Shown: piece after piece, positions 26,323 to 37,573 of the stretch
Layout of the letters: every line of letters starts with the position of its first letter
How positions within the stretch are numbered: the first letter of the stretch is position 1
NCBI GenBank assembly: GCA_043228905.1
Contig: JBHGNT010000012.1
Coordinates: 15,562,001 to 15,626,000 of the forward strand
Direction: 5' to 3'
From: Azolla caroliniana
Lineage: Eukaryota > Plantae > Polypodiophyta
Length of the DNA: 64,000 nt
Made by a program: the position numbers and the translations under genes
Notes under the pieces: model-generated
What the model was told of the DNA's origin: nothing
What the model saw: only the letters and a program-made list of their open reading frames with translations
Databases searched by the model: none

Positions 26323-27742
26323 AATGGACAGAGGAATGGCTAGCTCGCTCCCGATGGAGAAGCTCGACAGATCCAACTACGCATCTTGTTCATAAAAGAT
26401 GCACCAGTACCTGCTTGGGCATGGGTATTGGAGCTATGTCGACGGACCAAACAACACAGCACCTGATGCGGCACACAAGGACCTCCCAGTGTGGGAACAA
26501 GCGGCAAGCAGAGTGATGTACTGCTTCGCATCTAGTGTCGGAGACCAATTGCAAAGCCATATCCGTGATGCCAAGACGCCAAAAGAAGCTTGGGGCAACT
26601 TGAAGAAGGATTTCGCCGCAAGCACAACAGCCAAGAAGTTGTAGCTCAGGCAGGAGCTCAGCAATGTTCAACAGAAAAATCTGTCTATGGCCGATTACAC
26701 AACCCGTATCAAGGAAATTTTTGACTCACTCGCTTCCATCAATGTGAACGTTGAGGAGGACGAGACGGTGCAAGTGTACCTTGGTGGGCTAGCATCCAAG
26801 TTCGGAGCTTTCCGAACGACGGTCTGTACGAGGGAGAATACGTCATCATTTTTCGACTTACAGTCGATGCTCCTTGTAGAGGAGAACCACGCCGGTGCGT
26901 CAACAAGTGCACCCACCAACAACCGAATGTTTTACACAGAGGCGAATCGGGCCCGTGGGCATGGTGGACAAGGCGTGTCACCTCGCAATGCTAGTGGTCG
27001 GCAAGAGCAGGACCAAAGGCACAGAGAACGTGCCGACAACAGTTCCGGATCCTCCACAAGCAAGGGGAGTCAAGGAGGCGCTGGAAGCCGGCAAGCAAAG
27101 GCCGACACAGAATACTTGTACTTTGGTAAAAAGGGCCACAGAGAAAGCGAGTGCTATAAGAAACGCGCCCATTCGGACAGATCCGGATTCGGCAAGGCCG
27201 GTAGGGAGAACCGCCAATACTCGCACTACGCAGAAGGATCAGGAGGATCCAAAACTGGAAAGGCCGGTAAAGGGCTAGCCTTGGTGATGAAACACAAGGC
27301 TAACTCGATGAAGAAGACCACTTCCAAATTGGAGGAAGTGTGGTACGTTGATTCCGGTGCGTCGAATCACATGACGAGCCACAGAGAGTGCTTCTCTTTC
27401 TTGGAGAAACCAGAACAACCAGGAGTTGTCGAAACCGGAGACAACACTCCACACCCAATCGTGCATGTGGGACAAGTCCCTTTGAGCCACGTCGGACAGA
27501 GGGGGAAGCTGATGAACGTATTACACTTTTCGACCATCACGAAGAACCTGGTGTCGGTTGGAGAGATTGTTGACTAGGGGATGCAGGTGCGGTTTATGCA
27601 CCTCGGGTGCTTCATCGAGGAAGTGGGCCAGATTATTGCGCAAGGGCGCAGAGACAGGAGGATGTTCATCCTCGACACCAATGACGTCGGCACCGCTTTG
27701 TTCGCCAAAGGATAGAAGATTGAATTGGATATTGATCTCTGG
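26323..27742 (+). pseudogene. Copia gag-protease-GAG-pre-integrase (second copy, 5' part)
   Basis: ORF 26687-27577 has WYVDSGASNHMT protease and NVLH...KNLVSVG. Ends DIDLW at the Gypsy insertion. Confidence 0.9.
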
Positions 27743-28332
27743 TGTTAATCCTTAAGGCCGGACAATGGCCTAACACAGGGTGTCTCCGGAAGACACTTCA
27801 CCAAAGGGGTGTTACGGTGAGATAACTTAAGACACAACGATTAATCCGACTTAATTGGCTACTTTGCAATACGGCATTCACTTAATACACGCGTAAGATA
27901 TAACAATTAATACAAAACGGTAATCAATACGTGAAGATAAAACATGAAGCTTATATTAATTCTCCGTCAAAGTTATACATTGTAACCGGGCCTTTATATA
28001 GGTCACCGGTGCAGCGTACAAAACGGTGCCAACCGGCACCTGTTCGGAACTGGTCCGGATCCGGATCGGCATACTGATTCCGGTCTGTCCGTTCACTACA
28101 GAATTATAATCTACTCTACTTAATTAAAATATATTCCAAATAACCATCCCTTTCACATTCTGGTCTTTAAATCCTTTGCCGGCCGGGTAACACATGGCAC
28201 GCCCGTGGGACAGTACCATGTACGTTGAATCCCACTATATGGCCCTTACCCTTCGTCCAAGATATCCAGAATACTCTGTTCCAGGGTATCCAATGGTTGT
28301 TCGGAACTTTGTTGTTGTTGTTGCTGCGGCTG

Positions 28333-31129
28333 CTATTGTTGTGCTGGCTGCGGCTCATCCGACTGTTGCGCCTTAGATGGCGTCTGTTCGGCTCCCGGTA
28401 CCGGCGGTTGTGGCGGTGATTCCTCTGTTAGCTGCTCCGCCAGATTTGACTCCGGTTGACTTGCCCCGGCCTTGTCTCCGCCCGGTCCTTTCTCCAAGGA
28501 TGGCTCCTCATCGCTGAGTTTGACGGTCGCCGCCTGCTTTGCTTCGTCTCTCCGTAGCCTGGTCCGTTCATAGCTTTCAAACTGGATTTGAGCATAATGT
28601 CGATCATCATCTAGTTGTGCTACAAGTTGTTGGACCATTGCTGCCTGTTCCTCCACCAGAGTTACAAAATCCTCGGCTAACTCATCTCTTACGGCGGTGA
28701 AGTCCTCCTTTGTTAGCATGTAGTAGTCATCGCCATCCTTCTGCCGGTTTTCCGCGTCCACCCGTAGCAACTGGAGCTCGGTTGTGTGCTTTTCCCATTT
28801 GTCCCACCATTGCGCGAAGCTTTCTTCAATCAAGCATTTGGTCTTGTTCCTCCATGCTTGGACAATGAACCGGATCCGCTCCAATCCCATCTTTGATTTG
28901 TCCTCCGCGGCTTGATAACTACCACCGTATCCACCTCCTGCTCCCGATAATGTGACAATTGGGTTTTATAGGTGTTCTGTAGCCTTTGCAATACCATTGT
29001 GGCTCTTTCCTTCTCTTCATAATGTTGCTTATGGAGCTACATCCGTTCTTGTGCGGCTTCCTCTAGCAGCGTGGTTCTTTCTGCCCGTTCCTCCGCCAGC
29101 GCCATCTCAACTCGATGCACCTCCTGCCGGAGTTCTGCCATCTTCTCCTGCTATTTCTTATGCTCCATATCCAAGTGCTTGTAGTTCCGGTGTAGGTGCT
29201 CAAAATCATCGGTCTTCTGCTTCAGCTTTTGGTTGAGTTGCCGGCAAGCGCAATCTTCCTGATCCTTCTGTTGACGGAGTTCTTCTTTTAGTCTTTCGAT
29301 CTTTGTTTCCGTTATCCGTCGCATCTTCTCCTTTTCTTGCAACGCCTTCTCTTTCTCCTCCTTCAGCCGGTCATAGGCCTGATGTCCTTTCTGCAGATTC
29401 TCTTCTGCCCAACAAGGTTCTCAGCCGTCTTTCGTTGCTCTTCTTCTGCCGTTTTCTTCAACTCCCACTCTCGGGTGAGTAATGCTTCCTATGCGGCCAA
29501 TTCATCTCTTAATTCAGCAAGCTCTTTTGCTTGCACCGCCACTATCTCCGGGACTGGTTCCGTCTTCGGGGTCTTATTGCTATATACAGGTGCAGATGTT
29601 TCTTTATTTTGTACATCTACCAGAGTCACCGGTGCTTGGATCGGTGGTCCGGTTAAGGTCATTTTCGCCAATTCCTCTGTGGCCAGGTCCAAGTCTTATT
29701 CTAAGCTCTGGATCCTTGACCGGGCCGTCTCTAGTTCTCCGGTTGTGACGAGCAACTGGTCCACCTGCGCTTTCTCTTCCGCCTCTATGTAGTGTACCAC
29801 TCCGGCAATCTGTTCTCCAATCCATCGGAGCCATTGACTGTCGGTGCCCTATTGTTGCGTCTGCTCGGAGGGTTGGCTGTTGGTGTTGCTGGCCAGTGGT
29901 CGGTTTTGTCTGGTTGCGTCGAGCTGCAACTCTGGCTCTTATTGGTGACCACTTTGCCGTTCTGGTTGCGGCTCCATTGGCTGCTCTGCCTCTGAATGCT
30001 CTTGGCCTGTCGATGGGGTAGGCAACTATACTTCCGGCGCTTGCATTTCGGGTCTTGCCGTATTCGGACCCACCGGTAGAGGTTGTTGTGCAGGGAGCTC
30101 CGTGACCGGTTCTGTCCGAACCGGTTCCGGTTCCATCCTTGGTGCGGGCTACTCAGTGCGGGGTACAAGCGTTCCATCCTTCTTTGGGTCCGAACGCTCC
30201 TTGGTGTGTTCGAAGGTGCTTCCCTTTTGGCGCCGTTGGAGGTGCTCTAACGGTTCCTCCTCCACTTCCTCCTCCTGAGTCCCGATGTTGATTTTCACTG
30301 CCAAGGGGTTCGGTGCTTGTTGAATCGATCGATGAAGCCTGATCTTGATTGGTCGTACCGGTCGCTCCTCCAGCGTTTCCGCCTGCCGCGCTCCTTTGCC
30401 GCCTGGTCCATGTCGGCCGCCTTCCCTTTGGTTGCCTTAGACGCCAACAGCTGCTGCCATTTTGAGGCCGTTTTCGGGGTTCCTTCGGTTGTTCTTCCCC
30501 GCTTCGTGGTCTTGACGGGCTCGATAGGTGGCGCCAATAGGGTGAGTCATTGCGCCACTGCCGTCCATATCTTCTAACCCTCCTTGTCTCTGACAGAGTC
30601 GATGGCCGCACAGAGGCCATCCGCAATCAGTACTGCCCAGTCCACCTTCATGCCTTCATATGTGGCTATGATTAAGCCGGCCTGGTTTTGGGGCATGCAT
30701 GGGGGTCGAGGGTATACATGTCCAAATTCATGGAGCACACGGGCAATCTCTCGAAAGAGTGGATCTTCGCCGCCCTGTGTCCAGTAGGCCTTGCTTGCTA
30801 GAGAGTATTCCCCAAAATATTTTCGGAGCTGCTCCGGGGTAGGATTGTCGATGGTGAAGATGCCCCCCTCCAGAAGGCCAATCAACGCATGGATGGCCTC
30901 TTCCGTGATCAGCTCTGTGTTGATTTCTTTGACTATCTTCTCCACCTCCCGATGTGGTGGTAGCCTCCATGATTGTGAGGAAACCTTCTAACCCGTGTTG
31001 CCTTAGCCACTTCTTGGTTGCTTTAGAGAGTGCTTGGCAGTCCATGGCTTCGTCGAGGTCAATGAGCACGGGTGAGGGTTGTGTGAGAGGAGTCTCTGTG
31101 TGCGTGGCCTTGCGTATGCTGATCTTCAA
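28333..31129 (-). pseudogene. Extra 3' ORF of the Athila/Tat-like element (globular N-domain, K/R-rich linker, long coiled coil), frameshifted
   Basis: Sense-strand ORF pieces 30728-31129, 30574-30945, 30295-30537, 29489-29692, 29151-29342 and 28333-28890 lie between integrase and the 3' LTR. Confidence 0.65.
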
Positions 31130-31382
31130 TTGCCTGTCTGCGTTTGTGCTCCTCTGTTCGCGAAATGTGAGGGTTTCTATGTGGCGGGGGTTTTCTTGTT
31201 ACATGTTGGTGCCTGATTTTTTCTTACCCGCGCGTGTGCACGTCGTGTACTAAAATAGAATGTCGTGCCATATGGCGGCGGTTTAATACCCTATTAATAG
31301 CCCACTATGTACCTTTTCAAAGTGCTTGTTCACTCCTTGTTCTTGCATGTGTCCGTTCACCCCTCGCCCTTGCATGATTTAC

Positions 31383-31466
31383 TTTGATTTTATTTGATTT
31401 TATTTGATTTTATTTGATTTTATTTGATTTTATTTGATTTTATTTGAATTTATTTGATTTATTTTA
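31383..31466. repeat. (TTTGATTTTA)n 10-bp microsatellite between pol and the extra ORF
   Basis: About 8 tandem copies are visible. Confidence 0.95.
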
Positions 31467-31482
31467 GATAACAATAGTTTTG

Positions 31483-34400
31483 TTAATTCGCATCCGGTCC
31501 CACTGGACCCCTGTCCGGATTGTGGTCCTTGCCGGGCGCTGGACTTCTTGCGTCGTTCTTGTTGTTTATCGGCTCATGCTCCCTCTTGCCAATTGTTGAA
31601 CGTGTTGTCGTCTCTTCCGACTTACCGGTGTCCAGTTCTGTGTCGCCCTTTACTTGTTCAAATGGGTTTCTTGGCATGGGTCCATTGTATGGTTTAAGTC
31701 GGAACCCATTGACCCATTTACCCAGAACCTCGCCGGTGAGTGTCCCTAATTGGTAGGAACCGTTGAACTCACGCGTAATCCAGTATGGTCCGGTCCACCG
31801 AAACCGTAGCTTTCCCGGCATCTTACCCATCTAGGTCTGGAATACTAGTACCGGTTTAACGATTCCGAACATATTTTCGTTCCCTTTTCGGTGACGATCC
31901 ATGAACGCTTTCCTTCGCTGTTGCTCTAGTTCTAGGTGCATTATGCTGGCTAGCCGGTGTTCTTCCAATTTGCACAATGCGTTTAACCGGATAGCTTCCG
32001 ATTCCTTCTCATTTAGGCATTCCCGAATCTGTATTCGTAAACTCGGTACCTGGAACTCTACCGGCATCACTTCTTCCAATCCGAATGCTAGGCGAAACGG
32101 TGTGGTGCGGATGATCGTCTTATATGCCATTTGGTAGGCCCAGAGGGCACTGTGCAGCTTTGTATCCCAATCCGTCTGGTTTCTCATTCACGATTTTTCG
32201 CAGGATGTTCTGTAGTGTTTTATTTGTTGACTCTGCTAATCGGTTGGCTTGCAGATAATATGGAGTGCTCTGTTTGTGCACCACCGCATAAAATGTCGTC
32301 AAACTTTCCACTACTTGCCCTAAGAAGTGCCCACCTTGGTCACTTATAAGTTCTATCGGACATCCATGCCGGCACCAGATGCATTCATATAAAAAATTTG
32401 CCGTGGATGTCGCAGTGTTGTCGCGTAGTGCTTTCGCTTCCACCCATTTCGTGCAGTAATCCATAGAGACAATCACGTACCGGTTGCCGGTTCTCATTGC
32501 CAGTGGTTTGAATGGACCGACAAAATCCAGGCCCCATTTTTGAAATGGTTCTAATGGTAGCACAGGCTGGTGAGGCATTATGGCTTGTTCAGTTGGTTGG
32601 CCCATTCATTGACATAGGTCGCATTCTTTAGCGTACCAGACTACATCCTTCAATGTTGTCGACTACCATAGTCCACTCTGCCATATTTTCCTTGTCGTTG
32701 CGTCTCCGGCATAATGTCCTCCAACCACGCCACAGTGTGCTTCGCACAATATTATTTCCTTTTCGTCGTTGCGCACTGCACGTCGCCATATGCCATCTGT
32801 GCCTTTGTGGTACAGTGTGTCCTGTAATTGACAGAAGTGTCGGCTTTAAACCGCTAAGCGTTTCCTTTCCTCTCTGTTCATCTCCTCAGGAGGTAAGTCG
32901 GTGCTCAGAAATTGGTGCATGTTCGTGAGCCACTTGTCTTCCTCTGTGACCGTACTATCCGATGTTGTTTCTGCTGTGACTCTAAATAGCTCTGCATCCG
33001 GAAAGTCGTCTGGGATGCCGTCACCGGTTTCGCCGGAATCCAACCGGCTTAAATAGTCTGCTACCGCATGTTGTATGCCGGGTCAGTGGAATATCTCGAA
33101 CTCGAATTCTTGTAATAGTAACGTCCACCGAGCCAACTTACCGGTGAGTGATGCTTTGGACACCAAATAGAGGAGCGCGGAATGATCTACGTGAAAGGAA
33201 AATTTCCTTCCCAACAGATAGTGTCTAAACTTGGTGACACTGTAGATCATACCCAAAGCCTCCCTTTCCATCGTGGAATAATTACGTTCCGCTTGGGACA
33301 GCTTCCGACTGGCATAATAGACTGGCCGGTACCATTTCGGTTCTGTAAGTTGCATCAACGCGCTTCCGATTGCGATGTCGGACGCATCAACGAACACATG
33401 GAACTCTTTAGACCAATCCAGAGGTTGCACCACCGGCGCTTGTGACAATAGTACTTTTAGTGCCCGGTAAGCCTGGTCTTTTGTGTCCGTCCATCGGAAC
33501 GGTGTCCGATGTACCGCGGCATGCAATGGTGTAGCTAGGTCTGCCAGATACCGGAGCATTCAACTATGCCACCGAATTTGTCCTAAGAACCGGCTTGGTG
33601 CCTTTGCCGTGGCTGGTGCCGGTGCCTTCAGGATTGCTTTTACTTTGTCCGGATCCACTGCGATACCGTCCTTGCTCACTATGTGGCCCAGTAACGCTCC
33701 GTTGGTTACTCCGAACACGCATTTTGCCGGGTTCAGGCTTAGTCGGTAAACCCTACATTTCTCTAGGCATAGTCAGTACTGTTGAAGGTGATCCCCTTCC
33801 TGGCTATAAATAGCGAAGTCGTCCAAGAACACCCGCATGAACGCCAAGATGAATTCTCCGAAAATCTCCATGATGATCCGCTGGAAGGTTGTCGGCACCG
33901 TTTTCAGTCCGAACATCATCACTACGACAACAAAGACTCCCCATTTGGTGACAAAAGCAGTTTTCTCCTGGTCGGCGGGGTGCATCCGGATCTGATTATA
34001 GCCACTGAAACCATCTAGAAAACTGTACACCTCATAACCGGCGACCGCATCCAGGACTCCATCCGTGAATGGAAGCGGGAAGGCGTCTGTTACCGTAGCC
34101 GCATTCAATTTCCGGTAGTTGGCACAAACTCTTATCTTACCGTTCTTTTTGGGTACTACGACTATCGGATTGAGCCAAGTGGCTTTCTTTACCAGTCGGA
34201 TGAAGCCCACTCTTAGCAACTTGTCGATTTCTTCTTTGACTTTTGGTGCGTAATTCGGGTTCATCCGGTAAGGCCGTTGCGCTACTGGTTTGGCGTCTTT
34301 ACTCAGATGTACCTGGTGTTGATACAACTGAGGATCAAGTCCCCGCATGTCCTCGTAGGACCAGGCGAACACATCGCGAAATTCTTTTAGGAGTGTGATC

Positions 34401-37277
34401 ATTGCCGTTTTGTTCTCTAGGGTAATTTCCTTGGCGATGTGCACCGGTCTTGTGTCCTCTGTGGTACCTAACTTTACCTCTTCTAGTTGGGATGCTTTCA
34501 CGCGCTGCGAGACTACCATTTCTTTTTCTAGTGCCTCATGTGCTTGCCGTAATTCCCGGATTGCTTCTTTATCCAGTTCCTCGTCAGTCCCGTCTGGTTG
34601 CAGTATGTACGGTGATACTGCTTCGGCTACATTAATCTCGAACAGAGGTACGATCTTTGGATTTTCCTATAAGTATTGATCGACCTCTTCGTCCTCCAAT
34701 CCTTCCAGCATGTTGACACATTCCGCATATAGCGGCGTTGATTCCTTGCCGGTACCGGATCGTGGTTGAGTCGGTACTCGTACTTTCGCTTTTCCATACC
34801 GGAACGTAATTACATTCTTCCTCTAGTTTTGCTTGATGTGTGTTGTTTTTAACCAGGGGCATCCCAACAATAGTGGGTAAGCTCCCTGAGCCTATAGCTG
34901 GAGAACTACTGCGGAAATGTGAAATGTGTGACCCCCGGTGGTCACTTCTAGATCCCGTATTAATCCGGTCGGCCGTACTGAGCTTGTGTCTGCCATCTGA
35001 AGACAAAACGGGCACGGTTCCCAGTCATGGATTCCTAGAGTGTTACACTTTTGGAGGCTGATCACGTTCACGCCGGATCCTCCATTGATAATCATGCCCG
35101 GTAGCTCATTTCCCTTCACGATGGCTGTGATTGCCGGACTGCTCGTGTCCACCACTGCCGGTCCTTCCTGTCTTCAGTCCTTCCGTGAAGCGTGGTACCA
35201 GTTGCAATAGCCAACCTAATGGCAGCGTTATTTGGCATTCTTGTAACGCCTACCATGTTGGGTTTTCGGGCTGCCCCGGGCTAGTGAGCTCTTCGACATT
35301 CTCCTTTTGTTGTTCGAGCTCTGCCGCATTCCTCTCATTTGCCTTCTTCACCCATTCAGTTGCCTACTTCCGGATGGCTTCTTGAGTTTCCCAATCCGTG
35401 GCTTTGCCTTTTGATCTTGTAGTGACTTGTTGTATGTCCGCGACTTCCGCGTCTACCATGTTTATCGTTGGTCGCTTGTCGTAGCTTTTCGCCGGACATT
35501 GATTACTATAGTGGCCTTCTTGCCGGCAATAATAGCAATATGGCTTCCGAGTGTTGCTGGATTCGGCGTGTGTGCTTGGTGCAGGTCCTGTGGTAAGTGC
35601 TTGGGTTTGGTCCGATTGGCTGCTTGGAGCGCCCTTTTCCGGTTCCCGTGGATGACCCCCCTTTTTGTTGAAATGATGTTTCTTGAAATTCTTTTTGTTT
35701 CGGTAACCTTGACGGTGTTGGTCGTCATACTTGCCATAGTCGTTCTGTCGATGGTTGTAATCAGGGGAGTGATCCCGGTTGTATCTCTCGTACCGTCCAT
35801 TATAGTCCCGATATCTATCCTGTCTGTCATACCGGTCATAATTGTCTCTTCGATCGTTGTACCGGACATCTTGTGTCGGTCGGTAGCGCTCCTCTCACCG
35901 CCAGCGGTCTTCTTCTTCCTCCTGGTTGCTCCGTGGTTCAATTTGCCGGACCGGTGGTGCTTGCCGATTTAACAAGTTATACTCACACCGTTCCATTGTG
36001 TGACTTCTGGAGTGGCAGAGCAAGGATTGGGAACGCATGGTGCATTCCAACGCCGAATGTCCGGCATTCAGGCATGTCGTACATTGAACTGCTTGCCGGA
36101 AACGGAGGTCCTCTTCCGTTGGTAGTGCCCGCTGAAGTGTGCCCATGGTTAGCCATGAACTTAAGGTTTCCATTTCCCGAACTCGGTCGATCACTTGATC
36201 TATGCTGCTGGTGCAGAAATCAATAACGGTGCACACCGTACGTAAGGGTTCCTAGAGGGCTACTAAGAATATGGCCTTTGTTTCTTCCTCCGGTGGTGTC
36301 TGACTGAGTTGACTGTCGATCCGTTGGAACCGGATGACAAACTGCTGAATGTTCTCCATTGGTTCCTACCGGATACTGTAAAATAAGCCTACCATTTCCC
36401 GTTGGTCGATCTCCTTGTGAAAGAAATGCAAAATTTTTGTCTTTAATGTTTCAAATGTGGGGATGCTGTTGGGATCTTGTGTTCGGTGCCATCTGGCGGC
36501 CGGTCCCTCCAAGGTCATGCCGAACTCTGCTCTTTTTGAGCATTCCTCTTCGGCTCCATTTAAGCGTTGGGACACATGGTTCGCCTCCTAGGTTTGTTGA
36601 AACGCATGGACGTGGGCTTCCGCGTCCGGATCATCCCGGTATCTAGGATATTGGAATGGCATATCGTCGTCTGGTGTTAGTACACGGGCTGGTGGTGTCG
36701 GTGGTCGTTCCTCCTCTTTTGGTGTCGGAGGTTTTTCCCGATCTTCTGTCGCCATCGGAGGTCGTTCCTACTCCTCTTTCAGTGTCAGAGGCTTCTCCTC
36801 CTCGACTTCCGGTGTTAGAGGTCTTTCGTCCTTGACTTCTGGTTCCGGAGTGTGGTCGACTTCCGGTATCGGAGGTTCCAGCCTTGTCAATTCTGGTTCC
36901 GGTGTCGGCAAGGTATCCGACTCCTCGTCCTCTGGTCCGCTTGGGGTGTCATTACTACTGCGGCAGTTCGTCTGCGCGTTGTATTCCCCGTCCAAACCCG
37001 ATTCAAATGCCAAAAATGCTTCGGATTCGCCTTCCCCCGCTGCCAATGCCTAGAGAAGGGATTCCGCTTCCCAGAGGCTGCTTAGGCTGCTTCCTTCGTC
37101 TGGGTAGGCATTTTGTGGTAACCGAAGTGACTCCTTGGCCACTCTCCGGATCACCTTGGAAAATGAGCGATCCGCTCTGATTTCTTTTGCCGCTTGCTGG
37201 AAAGCCTCTCGCTTCCTCAGGCGTTCAGCAAGTCTCCTTGCTCGCTCCGTAACCAGGTCGTTCGTTGGTCGCGTCAT
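31483..37277 (-). pseudogene. Gypsy gag-pol polyprotein (gag with CCHC knuckles, protease, RT, RNase H, integrase with GPY motif), disrupted
   Basis: INGGSGVNVI; KKNGKIRVC.NYRKLN..DAFPLP..FLDGFSGYNQI..VFLDDF; DASDIAIG..YYASRKL..EREAL; WGLDFVGP..DYCTKWVEA..SDQGGHF; GKLRFRWTGPY. Confidence 0.92.
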
Positions 37278-37573
37278 CCATTCCCGCCGATGTTCGCTGC
37301 GATTGTGCAGGAATCGTGGTCGCCAAAAACTGTGTTAATCCTTAGGGCCGGACAATGGCCTAACACAGGGTGTCTCCGGAAGACACTTCACCAAAGGGGT
37401 GTTACGGCGAGATAACTTAAGACACAACAATTAATCTGACTTAATTGGCTACTTAGTAATACGGCATTCACTTAATACACGCATAAGATATAACAATTAA
37501 TACAAAACGATAGTCAATACGTGAAGATAAAACAAGAAGCTTATATTAATTCTCTGTCAAAGTTATACATTGT

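Noticed and set aside
26641-26646. U-to-C RNA editing or programmed read-through restoring TAG stops
   Set aside because: Reverse editing in ferns is organellar, and these nuclear TEs also have frameshifts; methyl-C decay is the simpler explanation.
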